A DNA stretch of 64,000 nucleotides, from assembly GCA_963783835.1 (NCBI GenBank), contig CAWAOX010000018.1, positions 152,435 to 216,434 of the forward strand. Reading direction: 5' to 3'. Every line of letters starts with the position of its first letter. The stretch's first letter is position 1. Positions 40,418-50,458 of the stretch are shown here, one piece after another. A program made the position numbers and the translations under genes. The notes beneath the pieces were generated by a model. The model was not told the origin of the DNA. It ran no database searches and saw nothing but the letters and a program-made list of their open reading frames with translations. This stretch comes from an uncultured Actinomycetota bacterium. Its GTDB lineage: Bacteria > Actinomycetota > Thermoleophilia > RBG-16-64-13.

Positions 40418-41905
40418 ATGACTCACGATGACGAGCATCCGAAATCAGGGCGACCCGATTCCTTCGAGCCGGGAGCTTCGACGGTCAGCCGTCGCGATTT
40501 CCTTAGGATCGCGGGCCTATCCGGTGCCACGATCGCTCTCGGCGCAGGCTTGGGCGGGCTGCTGACCGCCTGCGGCGAAGAGGAAACCACCACCACCGCG
40601 GCGGAATCCACGACCACCACCGCAGGAAGCACCTCGACGTCGTCCGCGGCCAGCACCTCAACCTCGGTCTCGGCCAGCGAGGAAGTTGGAGCGGAAATCA
40701 AAATCGGTTTCGTCTCCCCCGCTACGGGGCCGCTCGCCAGCTTTGGGCTGAATGACGAGTACGCTGTTGACCGCTTCAGGGAATATGTCGGCGATGGTCT
40801 TGTTCTGGGAGACAACAAGAAGCACGAGATCACTGTAATCGTCCAAGACAGCCAGTCCGATTCCAACCGAGCATCGCAAGTGGCCGGGGACATAATAAAC
40901 AACAGCAAGCCGTCTATAATGGTGGTCGCCAGTACTCCGGACAGTGTTCTCCCCGTTTCCGTCCAATCCGAGGTGGGCAAGGTTCCCTGTTTTGGGACAG
41001 ACTGCCCCTGGCAGCCTTATTACTTCAATGGGCCGGAAGGCGGCTGGAACTACGCGCGTTGCTTGTTCTTCGGCATTGAGGACCTGGGCGCGTGCAATCA
41101 GGTAACCTGGAATCTGCTACCAACCAACAAGATCATCGGGACCATGTGGGCGAACGACGCCGATGGTAAGGCGTTCCAGGATGGAGTGACCGGAATGACA
41201 GCGGCCATGCTGCAGGCAGGGCTGACGGTCGTTGACCCCGGGCTATACCCGCCTGGCACTGAAGACTTCACTAGCCTGATTACTACCTTCAAGAAGACCG
41301 GCTGCGAAATAGTCTTTGGGAACTGTCCCCCGCCGGACCTTGTCAATTTCTGGAAGCAGTCGATACAGCAATCCTTCGTTCCGAAGATATGCACAGTCAA
41401 TAAGCCGCTCCTGTTCCCTGAGGACATGGAAGCGATCGGCGCCATTGGCACTAACATATGTTCGAACCTGTTGTGGTCGCCGCGGTGGCCGTACAAGTCC
41501 TACCTGACAGGGGAGAGCAACCAGCAATGGGCTGACGAGTTCACAAGAAGAACCGGAAAGCAATGGAGCGGCGCCCTCATGCACAGTGTCATCTTCGAGG
41601 CGGCGCTATGGACACTGAGGAACGCAGAAGACCCCACAAGCACTGAATCATGCCATGCTGCCGCCTCCAAGCTGAAGTTCGAGGGTATCGTGGGCCCCAT
41701 CGACTTCACGGAGCCAGTGGCAGCTTCCATAGAGCAGATCAAGCCGGGTCCCGGTCACCCACTGCCGACTGTCTACAAGACTCCGGTTCAGGAGGGCCAG
41801 TGGCAAACAGGCACGGGGCAGTACCCCTTCGAGATTCGCACCATAGAAAACAGCCTCCTACCCGAAGCACTCGTGGACGCGAAGATGCTGCCAATAACAG
41901 TCTGA
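40418..41905 (+). CDS. Orphan ABC substrate-binding lipoprotein, branched-chain-amino-acid (LivK/Peripla_BP_6) type, paralog A
   Basis: Tat-like SRRDFLRIAG plus lipobox LLTAC, a T/S/A linker, then IKIGFVSPATGPLASFG...SQSDSNRASQVAGDII. Confidence 0.75.
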   Translation: MTHDDEHPKSGRPDSFEPGASTVSRRDFLRIAGLSGATIALGAGLGGLLTACGEEETTTTAAESTTTTAGSTSTSSAASTSTSVSASEEVGAEIKIGFVSPATGPLASFGLNDEYAVDRFREYVGDGLVLGDNKKHEITVIVQDSQSDSNRASQVAGDIINNSKPSIMVVASTPDSVLPVSVQSEVGKVPCFGTDCPWQPYYFNGPEGGWNYARCLFFGIEDLGACNQVTWNLLPTNKIIGTMWANDADGKAFQDGVTGMTAAMLQAGLTVVDPGLYPPGTEDFTSLITTFKKTGCEIVFGNCPPPDLVNFWKQSIQQSFVPKICTVNKPLLFPEDMEAIGAIGTNICSNLLWSPRWPYKSYLTGESNQQWADEFTRRTGKQWSGALMHSVIFEAALWTLRNAEDPTSTESCHAAASKLKFEGIVGPIDFTEPVAASIEQIKPGPGHPLPTVYKTPVQEGQWQTGTGQYPFEIRTIENSLLPEALVDAKMLPITV

Positions 41906-42132
41906 CGTACGTACGATAGGACAGTGCCCCGGGCCAGGAAGCGACGCCTGGCCCGGGTTATTCGCGCCAAAGGGAGCTGCAGAATCTGCTCTCTTTGGGT
42001 TGTCATGATTGCTCCACTGAAGTTCAGGCATTTGGCGACCACAGCTGCCGGGAAGTCGGCTGTTAGTAGGCGTAATCCGTGAGGGTGGAGTTGTAGGCTG
42101 TTCGATCCGAGCCCCCGAAGGAGGTATGAGCG

Positions 42133-42852
42133 ATGGATGCCAAGCTGATTACGGAGTTGCTGAGAGATTATGAAGTAATCGACCTGTCGCACACTTTGGA
42201 GGAAGGCATCCCCACATACCCGAGACCAACGCCATATTCCCATAGTCTATTCGAGTCTTACTGGCATGGTGATCGTGCGTCCTCGTACGAGATTCTCATG
42301 AACGAGCATACCGGGACGCATATGGACGCGCCGGCTCATTTCATTCCGGAAGGTCCTGCTCACGTCTGGGTCGATGAGCTTCCCCCCACGTGTCTAATGG
42401 GCCGGGGGGTGATGATGGATGTGAGCGACACACCTCCGAAGACCGCATTCGGTCTGTCGGTACTCGAGAAATTCGAGCAGCAGCACGGCCCCATCAAAGA
42501 AGGCGACATCGTTTTGTTCCGTACCGGGTGGGACCGTAAGTGGAAATTGAAGCCGGATTTCGGGCCGTTTGTGCGCGATTGGCCGGGTCCCAGCGGCGAA
42601 GTCGCCCAGGCCCTGGTCCAACGTCGTGTCAAGGCGGTCGGCATTGACGTGACCGCGTTGGACACGTACGGCAACCCCGAACTGCCCTGCCACAACATTC
42701 TTCTCGGCAATGGAATACCCCTCATCGAGAACGTTGCCAACCTCGATCGACTGCCGCCCTTCAGCATCTTCATTGCGATGCCGCTCAAAATCAAATGGGG
42801 GTCTGGATCCCCACTTCGACCGCTTGCCTTCGTGCCCAAGGCTGCAGTTTGA
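42133..42852 (+). CDS. Cyclase-family protein (kynurenine formamidase / isatin hydrolase type), paralog A2
   Basis: HTGTHMDAPAHF...HNILLGNGIPLIEN. Confidence 0.75.
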   Translation: MDAKLITELLRDYEVIDLSHTLEEGIPTYPRPTPYSHSLFESYWHGDRASSYEILMNEHTGTHMDAPAHFIPEGPAHVWVDELPPTCLMGRGVMMDVSDTPPKTAFGLSVLEKFEQQHGPIKEGDIVLFRTGWDRKWKLKPDFGPFVRDWPGPSGEVAQALVQRRVKAVGIDVTALDTYGNPELPCHNILLGNGIPLIENVANLDRLPPFSIFIAMPLKIKWGSGSPLRPLAFVPKAAV

Positions 42853-42952
42853 CGTTCTTCAAGAACCGTAATCTCAGCACGTCGGCACGTCGTAACGCGA
42901 CCGGGCGAGTAGTTCATGTTCGTGACGAGAACAAAGGTTGGGAGCAAGAGCC

Positions 42953-43351
42953 ATGGTTGTGGGAATAACCCATGTGGGCGTCCGGGTCACCGACTTAGAG
43001 AAGTCGCTCGAGTTCTATCTTCGCATTCCGGATGTGCAAGAGGCGTTCAGGCTCTACTGGGACGATGGCAGCCTGATGATGGTCTGGCTCAAAGTCGCCC
43101 CCCGGCAGTTCCTGGAACTCTTTCCCGGAGGCAGCAAAGGTGCGCCGGCCGCTTCAGGATACTTCCATGTGTGCCTGCAGACAGACGATATCCACGAGCT
43201 TTATGACGAGTTGCTGAAAAGGGGAATCACTCCGAGGGGCCGTCCTGAGAAGCACGAGGACGACCATTCCTGGCAGTTCTGGATTGACGATCCGGAGGGC
43301 AACGCAATCGAGTTTCAGGAATTCACAGCTGACTCGTTGGAGCTGGAATAG
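42953..43351 (+). CDS. VOC-family (glyoxalase / extradiol-dioxygenase fold) protein
   Basis: ITHVGVRVTDLEKSLEFY...GYFHVCLQTDDIHELYDEL...EGNAIEFQE. Confidence 0.65.
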   Translation: MVVGITHVGVRVTDLEKSLEFYLRIPDVQEAFRLYWDDGSLMMVWLKVAPRQFLELFPGGSKGAPAASGYFHVCLQTDDIHELYDELLKRGITPRGRPEKHEDDHSWQFWIDDPEGNAIEFQEFTADSLELE

Positions 43352-43595
43352 GGTGGCCGGCATCTTTCTCCAGCGTGGCGAGACGAGGCCGGCTCCCGGC
43401 AGGGACGGGGACGTGTTGGGGGGGCCGATAACACGTCTGTCGCGCGGCCAGTCTTCGATGGGGGTTGGGGCATCCTTCAGGCTGTAGCAGATCTCTGTTG
43501 AGAGACGCGTTTGGAGTGAGGACCCATTAGCTCCCTTGGCACCAAAGAAGTGCTGGGAGCCCGGAAGGGCAGAGAGACATAGAAAAGGATTTCGC

Positions 43596-44390
43596 ATGAG
43601 GATCATTGACCCACATCTGCACGTTGATCGGATGAAAGGCAAGGACGTCGAGACCATGTCGGTAGCCGGGGTGGAGGGAGCAGTTCTGCCGACTCCTCAT
43701 CTTCTACAGTGGATGGTTTCGGCGGAGACATTATTCAGAATGTGGCGGATGTTCCTAGATTTCGAGGTCAAGCATTCGGAGTCACTCGGCGTCAAGGTGT
43801 TCGTGACCCTGGGCGTACCCTTCTACGGCTTGGACACAGAGTCCGTGGAGGAGGCACTGCGAAAGTTACCCGACTATCTCGATCATCCTTCGGTCGTCGG
43901 GCTGGGAGAGATTGGCATGGATGCCGGGATTGCAGACGAGGAGAGGCTGTTTCGTGCACAGCTAAACATCGCCAAAGAGCACAATAAGCCCGTGATCGTC
44001 CACACCCCCACTCCACTGGAACCTCAGGCGGCGGAGGTCTGTGGGCAGATAATCAAAGTCATTGAGAGCGAGCGCTTTCCCATGGATCGAGTGGTCCTAG
44101 ATCACACCGGCCGGAACAGTCTGAACGACCGCCTCAGCACCGGAGCTATGGTCGGTCTCAGCCTTTGCTACGACAAACTCCGCCCGGAAGATGCCGCCGA
44201 AATCGTGGCCGAGATGCCGGAACATCGCAACCAACTGCTCGTGAACTCGGAGTTCGGCTACGCGGGCGAGGGATACTTCTCGGTCCCCCGCTCCGTGCTA
44301 TCCATGCGTCGGTTGGGCCTGAGGCGCGACGTTATCGAGAGCGTCACTTGGGATAATCCAAAGAGGTTCTTCAACCTTCCAATTGACTAG
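43596..44390 (+). CDS. TatD-like metal-dependent hydrolase (amidohydrolase superfamily), paralog A
   Basis: IDPHLHVD (HxH)...GLGEIGMD...VIVHTP...DHTG. About 85% identical to 55789..56583. Confidence 0.7.
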   Translation: MRIIDPHLHVDRMKGKDVETMSVAGVEGAVLPTPHLLQWMVSAETLFRMWRMFLDFEVKHSESLGVKVFVTLGVPFYGLDTESVEEALRKLPDYLDHPSVVGLGEIGMDAGIADEERLFRAQLNIAKEHNKPVIVHTPTPLEPQAAEVCGQIIKVIESERFPMDRVVLDHTGRNSLNDRLSTGAMVGLSLCYDKLRPEDAAEIVAEMPEHRNQLLVNSEFGYAGEGYFSVPRSVLSMRRLGLRRDVIESVTWDNPKRFFNLPID

Positions 44391-44604
44391 CGCGCTCGAG
44401 TGGCGAAGGCTCCCGGCGAGCGAGGACGAGCATGGCGGCGAATGAAGAGTGAGTGGCCGTGGAGTCGATTGGCGAGTTGCAGCCGCGTAGGTACGCCATA
44501 AGGGAATTGTGAGAGACAGCCTTGACCTCGGGTGAGATGGGCCTTTGAACGCACCAGTGATGAAGCACTCGGTTGGGCAGGGTATCGGGAAAGAGGAGAG
44601 CAGT

Positions 44605-46725
44605 ATGAGTCAGCGCTTCGAGAAGCTCATGGAGCCCGGGATGATCGGGCCGGTGAAGACGCGCAACCGTATCATCAAGACGGCCAACGGCACCTCCTAC
44701 GTGGACGCTGACCAGACCGTCGGCGAGCGCATGATCACCTATTACGAGAGCCTGGCCCGGGGCGGCGTGGGCTTCTTGGTGGTGGAGTCCTGCGGGGTGG
44801 AGTACCCGCTGGGCATACACCACATCCACTACCAGCCAGACGGCAGCTACGAGGGCGTACAGTTGCACATGGACGACGACCGCCTGATTCCCGGCTTCCA
44901 GCGGCTCACCGATAGGGTGCACAAGCTGGGGTGCCCGGTGTCCATCCAGTTCCAGCACTCCGGGGCGTGGAACCCCACTGGGCTTTTGCCCCGCGACATG
45001 AAGATCCGCGATATCAAGTGCGCCTCGGCCATGACCGAGGAGGAACTTCCCGGCCCCGACTTTCTTCCCTGCCGGGCCCTGACCCATCAGGAAGTGGAGG
45101 ATCAGATCGACCTGTGGGCATCCGCCGCCGAGCGGGCCATGAGGGCAGGGTTTGACGCCTGCGAGATCAACCACGCCACGGCGCACCAGGGCAACAGCTT
45201 CCTGTCGCGCATCTGGAACAAACGCGACGATGAGTACGGCCCGCAGAGCTACGAGAACCGCACGCGGTTCATCCGCGAGATCATCAAGGAAGCCGAGCGC
45301 CGCTGCGGCCCGAACTTCGCGGTCCACGCGCTGATCAATGCTGTCGAGTACAACCACCCATTGGGGACAACCCTCGAAGAGGGCGTGGAGATGTCCAAGC
45401 TCATCTGCGAGGTAGCCGATGGCCTGAATGTGCGCGGGGAGCGCTACGGACACCGGGGCGGCCTCCTGCAGCCCGACCGCCTGATGTACCCGGAGCCACC
45501 CTACGACCTGCCCAAAGATTTCGACTGGAGCAGACGGGGAGACGGGGCGGCCGTGCCTTTGACGGCAGCGATCAAGCGGGCCGGCGTCAAGGTGCCGGTG
45601 TGGACTGCCAGCCGCATCGACGCAGAGTGGGGCGAGAAGTACCTGCGCGAAAGCAGGCTCGACTTCGTGGGCATGACCCGCTTCCTCCTGGCCGACCCCG
45701 AATACCCCAACAAGATCCGGGAGGGGCGCCTGGAAGATGTCCGGCCCTGCCTCGGCTGTTTGCATTGCTTTGAGACGCGCAACCGCAACAAGAAGCTCGA
45801 GTGTCGTGTGAACGGCACGCTGGGCCGCGAGATCATGCCCGAGTACCAAGCGAAGCCGGCGGAGCGCAAGAAGAAGGTACTCGTTGTGGGCGGCGGCCCC
45901 TCCGGCATGGAAGCGGCCCGGGTGGCGGCCCAGCGCGGCCACCAAGTCGCGCTGTACGAGAAGGACTCGCGGCTGGGCGGGCTGGTGCCTCTGTCGGCCA
46001 TCGTCAAGGACTGCGAGACGCCCGAACTCCAGGACTTCGTGAAGTACGAAGTGCGAGAGCTGAAGAAGGCGGGGGTGACCATCCACAAAGGCACCGCCGT
46101 CACCGCCGACGTGGTGCGCCAAGAGAAGCCCGATGCCATCATCGTGGCGGCCGGCGCTGTCCACCCCGAGGTGGCGCTGCCCGGGTACGGCCGCAAGAGC
46201 GTCATCCGGACCGAGAAACTCTACGGCATGCTCAACTTCTGGCTTAAGATCTTCACGCCTGAGCAGTTGCAGAAGCTCACCCATCTGTGGATGCCGGTAG
46301 GCAGGCGGGCGGTGATCATGGGGGGTACGCTCCATGGGTGCGAGCTCGGAGAATTCCTAGTCAAGCGGCACCGGAAGGTCATCGTCGCCCACAACGGCCC
46401 CGCCTCGGAGTTGGGGGACGAGATGGGCCGGGACGACCTGGCCAACCTGTGGCCGTGGTTCAAAGAGAAGTACGTGAGCCTGTGGCCGGACGCAAAGTAC
46501 CAGGCGGTGACCGAGGATGGCCTCAAGGTGCAGCAGCCCGACAAGCGGTCGTTCGTGCTTCCGGGTAAGAACGTCATCAACACCCAGGATTGGGCGGCCA
46601 ACGCAGCTCTTGTGGAAGAGCTGTCGAAGGTGGTATCCGAGGTATACGTAGCCGGAAGCGCCCGGGAACCCGGGCTCATGGCGGACGCGGTCCGGGAGGG
46701 GATAGAGGCGGGCTGCGCCGTCTGA
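44605..46725 (+). CDS. OYE-like FMN oxidoreductase fused to FAD/NAD(P)-binding domain with 4Fe-4S motif (2,4-dienoyl-CoA reductase / 2-enoate reductase / trimethylamine-dehydrogenase architecture)
   Basis: N-terminal TIM-barrel OYE motifs (…IQFQHSGAW…). CLGCLHCFETRNRNKKLEC Cys cluster. C-terminal VLVVGGGPSGMEAARVAAQRGHQVALYEK dinucleotide fold. Confidence 0.75.
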   Translation: MSQRFEKLMEPGMIGPVKTRNRIIKTANGTSYVDADQTVGERMITYYESLARGGVGFLVVESCGVEYPLGIHHIHYQPDGSYEGVQLHMDDDRLIPGFQRLTDRVHKLGCPVSIQFQHSGAWNPTGLLPRDMKIRDIKCASAMTEEELPGPDFLPCRALTHQEVEDQIDLWASAAERAMRAGFDACEINHATAHQGNSFLSRIWNKRDDEYGPQSYENRTRFIREIIKEAERRCGPNFAVHALINAVEYNHPLGTTLEEGVEMSKLICEVADGLNVRGERYGHRGGLLQPDRLMYPEPPYDLPKDFDWSRRGDGAAVPLTAAIKRAGVKVPVWTASRIDAEWGEKYLRESRLDFVGMTRFLLADPEYPNKIREGRLEDVRPCLGCLHCFETRNRNKKLECRVNGTLGREIMPEYQAKPAERKKKVLVVGGGPSGMEAARVAAQRGHQVALYEKDSRLGGLVPLSAIVKDCETPELQDFVKYEVRELKKAGVTIHKGTAVTADVVRQEKPDAIIVAAGAVHPEVALPGYGRKSVIRTEKLYGMLNFWLKIFTPEQLQKLTHLWMPVGRRAVIMGGTLHGCELGEFLVKRHRKVIVAHNGPASELGDEMGRDDLANLWPWFKEKYVSLWPDAKYQAVTEDGLKVQQPDKRSFVLPGKNVINTQDWAANAALVEELSKVVSEVYVAGSAREPGLMADAVREGIEAGCAV

Positions 46726-46830
46726 TCGATTACGCGCCTCACGTGGGACAGCCCGAAGAGGTTCTTCCACTTTGACATTGACCGAGTCATGCTCGGTCCG
46801 AACGTCCAGCATCGAAAGGCGGACGCATCG

Positions 46831-49056
46831 ATGAGCGAAGAGAAAGTGGTCAAATCGCTGGCCTGGTCGGCGGGCTGTGGCTCGCACGGGGGCTGCGGGG
46901 TAGAGATCCATGTGAAGGATGGCAAGGCGACCAAAGTCGAAGGGGATCCAGACCATCCCTTCAACCAGGGGCGCCTATGCGCCAAGGGTCTGGCAGTGTG
47001 CCAATACACCTATCATCCCGACCGTGTACTTCACCCCTTGAAACGCGTGGGAGAACGCGGAGAGGGCAAGTGGCAGCGGATCAGCTGGGACGAGGCTTTC
47101 GACATATGCGAAACCAAGCTGAAGGATATCCGCGATCAACATGGGGCGGAGTCAGTGGTCTTCTGCCAGGGTACGGGCAGAGACGTCGGGGGTCCGATAT
47201 CTTATCTCGCGTATGCGTACGGCAGCCCCAACTGGACGCAGATGGGGCTTTCGGGTCAGTGCTGCTACACCCCTCGCCAGGCCTCGATGTTCGCCACTCA
47301 GGGCGACTACTGCGTCGCCGATTGCTCGCAGTTCCTCGAAAAGAGATATGACGACCCAGAGTGGAGGCCTCCGAAGTACATAATCATCTGGGCCCAGAAC
47401 CCGAGCATCGGGTGTTCGGATGCGTTCTTCCTTCCCTGGATCGTCGACTCCATGAAACGCGGGTCCAAGCTCATCGTCATCGATCCTCGTTCCACGTGGT
47501 ATTCAGGTAGGGCCGAGCTACATCTCAAGTGCCGGCCGGGGGCCGACGGGGCCATCGCCATGGCCATGCTCAATGTTGTGATCAACGAGGAGCTCTACGA
47601 TAAAGAATTTGTGGCGAAGTGGTGCCACGGGTTCGAGGAACTCAAGCAGAGGGTCCAGGAGTATCCTCCCGAGAAGATGGCACCTATTGCCTGGGTCACT
47701 GCCGACCAAATCAGGGAAGCCGCTCGTCTATTTGCCACCAACACTCCGTCGGCCATCCACTGGGGGCAGCCCATCGATACGGTGCCGCAGTCGACCGCCG
47801 TCGGCCAGGCGATCAACGATCTGTGGGCGATCACCGGCAATATCGATGTGCCAGGCGGTATGGTCTTGGCCAAATCCTCACACGGCGTCTCCAGTTACCC
47901 TTACAGCACCAGAGAGGTCATGGAGATGTATGGGGAAGACCTGGTCAACCGCCTGAACGAGAAGAGAATCGGGGCAGACAGATACCCCGCGGTGAAGAAT
48001 TTCCGAGCCTGGGTCCAGCCGGATGTCCTCATCGAGCAGATGGAGACCGGTAAGCCTTACCCGGTCAAGGCAGCGTGGATCCAGACATCCAACGTGATCG
48101 GCGGACAGGCGGCCGAGCCAAGGAGACACTACGAGGCGCTAAAGAAACTCGATTTCATCGTCTACGTGGACCTGTTCCAGACCCCCACCAGCATGGCAGT
48201 GGCCGACATCTTCTTGCCGGCAGCGACATTCCCCGAGAAGAACAGCATGCGTTCGTGGTGGGCTCCGCTGAGTGTGATGGTCAAGGCCGTGCAGGTGGGC
48301 GAAGCCAAGTCTGACTGGGAGATCAACTTGGAGATGGCCAAGCGGGTGGCGACCAAGCCCATTCCGTTCAAAGATGTCATCGAGCTCTTTGACGCTCGTC
48401 TCCAGCCAGCCGACTTGACCTTCCAGGAGCTAGTCGACAAGGGCGGATGGGAAATGCCCCCCGAAGGTCGGAGCCGGCCCTACTACCGTCACGAGAAAGG
48501 CTACCTGAGGGAGGACAAACAGCCCGGATTCAACACTCCGACCGGGAAAGTCGAGCTCTACTCTACTTTCTGGGAGCGTTGTGGGCTTGACCCGCTGCCC
48601 TACTTCGAAGATGCACCTGAGAGTCCAGTGGCGCATCCCGAACTGACCGAGAAGTACCCGTTCATACTGGCTAGCGGCCGGCGCTCGCCGGTGCTGTTTC
48701 ACTCTGAGATGCGCAACATCCCGTGGCTGAGGGAGATCGATCCCGATCCCAATGTGGAACTGCATCCTGATATCGCGGCGAAGTTGGGCATCGGGGACGG
48801 GGAATGGGTCTACGTGGAGAACGACCGCGGCAGGGTCAAGATGAAGGCCAAGGTGACCAGGATGGCTCATCCTGGCATTGCGACGGTCGCTCACGGGTGG
48901 TGGCTACCAGAGACGGAAGGCAAGGCTCCGAATCTGTTCAGCACCTGGGAGCACAATGTCAACAACCTGATTCCCATGGGCAGGCAAGGACGCTCCGGCT
49001 TCGGCGGGGGCGGCTACCGTAGCTGCCTATGCAGAGTTGTCAAGATAGCCGACTGA
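46831..49056 (+). CDS. Cytoplasmic molybdopterin (Mo/W-bisPGD, DMSO-reductase superfamily) oxidoreductase catalytic subunit
   Basis: N-terminal FS0-like motif C-x2-H-x2-C-x30-C (WSAGCGSHGGCGV...RLCAKG). No Tat signal. Molybdopterin-binding domains (…IIWAQNP…, …ILASGRRSPVLFHS…, C-terminal beta-barrel …GEWVYVENDRGRVKMKAKVT…). Confidence 0.75.
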   Translation: MSEEKVVKSLAWSAGCGSHGGCGVEIHVKDGKATKVEGDPDHPFNQGRLCAKGLAVCQYTYHPDRVLHPLKRVGERGEGKWQRISWDEAFDICETKLKDIRDQHGAESVVFCQGTGRDVGGPISYLAYAYGSPNWTQMGLSGQCCYTPRQASMFATQGDYCVADCSQFLEKRYDDPEWRPPKYIIIWAQNPSIGCSDAFFLPWIVDSMKRGSKLIVIDPRSTWYSGRAELHLKCRPGADGAIAMAMLNVVINEELYDKEFVAKWCHGFEELKQRVQEYPPEKMAPIAWVTADQIREAARLFATNTPSAIHWGQPIDTVPQSTAVGQAINDLWAITGNIDVPGGMVLAKSSHGVSSYPYSTREVMEMYGEDLVNRLNEKRIGADRYPAVKNFRAWVQPDVLIEQMETGKPYPVKAAWIQTSNVIGGQAAEPRRHYEALKKLDFIVYVDLFQTPTSMAVADIFLPAATFPEKNSMRSWWAPLSVMVKAVQVGEAKSDWEINLEMAKRVATKPIPFKDVIELFDARLQPADLTFQELVDKGGWEMPPEGRSRPYYRHEKGYLREDKQPGFNTPTGKVELYSTFWERCGLDPLPYFEDAPESPVAHPELTEKYPFILASGRRSPVLFHSEMRNIPWLREIDPDPNVELHPDIAAKLGIGDGEWVYVENDRGRVKMKAKVTRMAHPGIATVAHGWWLPETEGKAPNLFSTWEHNVNNLIPMGRQGRSGFGGGGYRSCLCRVVKIAD

Positions 49057-49069
49057 CAGGAGCAGCTCG

Positions 49070-49399
49070 ATGTCGAGAATGGCCTTGATGATAGATTACG
49101 AATTCTGCACCGGCTGCCACAGTTGTGAGGTCGCCTGCAAACAAGAGCATGGCTATCCCGTGGGAATCGGCGGTATTCACATGAACGAGGTAATGACGAC
49201 CAAGCCCGATGGTGAGCTGAGAATCGATTACCTGCCCTTTCCTACTATCTACTGCGATCTCTGCAGTGCTCGAACGGCCCAGGGCGAGGTTCCGGCGTGC
49301 GTGAAGCACTGCCAAACCGCAGTGATGAACTACGGCAGCACTGTTGAGTTGGCTCGACTGATGGAGGAGCGGAGTCACGCAGCCATGTTCACGCCGTAG
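49070..49399 (+). CDS. Small 4Fe-4S ferredoxin-like subunit (109 aa) of the molybdopterin enzyme
   Basis: CTGCHSCEVAC (CxxCxxCxxxC) plus YCDLCSARTAQGEVPACVKHC. Follows the alpha subunit after a 13-nt gap. Confidence 0.7.
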   Translation: MSRMALMIDYEFCTGCHSCEVACKQEHGYPVGIGGIHMNEVMTTKPDGELRIDYLPFPTIYCDLCSARTAQGEVPACVKHCQTAVMNYGSTVELARLMEERSHAAMFTP

Positions 49400-49532
49400 T
49401 CGGGTTCGTTAGACATGGCTGGAAGCGCGCGTGACGGCAGATAGCCGTGTGGCTTGGCGCTTCTGAAGAGAGCAGCGGCGCCCGAGCTGTGTCCTCCCAA
49501 TAGGGGTCGCCAGATGCAAGGAGGCAGATTAG

Positions 49533-50386
49533 GTGAAGCTATACGTCTTGAACGGCGGCCAGTTGTTCGTGGAAAAGGGCTTTTCTCGCACTTTGGCACG
49601 GCGGAGGACAATGACAAGGACTACGAGCCCGAGGCTCGCATTCTTCGCAGTCTCCAGTTCTACGTCGAGCACCCCGAGGCCAAGATTGTTTTCGAACTCG
49701 GGTACGACAACGATGACTTCAGCAAGTTTGAGGGGTTCCCGCATCGTCAGGGACCCGGAGGGATGTGGAGCCACCAGGAGCCGGATGAGAACCCGGTGGC
49801 CCAGTTGAAGCAGATCGGTGTCAAGCCAGAAGACATCGACTATGCAGTCGTGTCTCATCTCATGAGCGAGCATGTGGGCTACCTTCCGCACTTCGCGGGG
49901 ACGAAGGCGAAGATCGTTGTTCAGCAGGACGAACAGGAGTACGCGAGCCGGATAGGGGTCCCGCCGAGTCCGGGGGACGAGCCGGCGGTGGAGCAGTTCC
50001 ATTCCTGGATGTACCTTCGCAAACTCTACGAGGTGCCCGGCCTCAACTATATCTACATCACGGGTGACCACGAACTAGTAGGCAAGGATGTCGAGATTCT
50101 GTCACTACCAGCGCATACACCCGGATTTCCATACGTGATGGTGCGTCTGCCGAAGACCGGCCCCGTGTTCCTGTCCGCCTGTGAGACAAGGGGCATGTAC
50201 TACGACGTGCCGATCAACGGCTATGCCCCCGGAATACCGCATGCGTTCACGTGGTCCGCAGCCGGGGAGTTGCACAGCTTCAAGAGGGTGCGGGACCTTG
50301 TCGAGGGGGAGGAGGGACAGATCTTTTTCGGTCATGACCTGGAACAGTTCCTTACGTTGAAAGCGGCGCCCGAGTACTACGACTGA
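49533..50386 (+). CDS. MBL-fold-like metallo-hydrolase, paralog B; frameshift near 49580-49600
   Basis: MKLYVLNGGQLFVEKGF, then a frame shift to ...SHFGTAEDNDKDYEP...VVSHLMSEHVGY...LPAHTPGF...FFGHD (ORF 49454..50386 frame). Confidence 0.65.
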
Positions 50387-50458
50387 GCAGCGGATCAGGC
50401 TGCGCGAGGTGGCGTTGGGGGAATGAGCCAGAAGCTGGAAAGCAGAAAGGAGCGGCAA

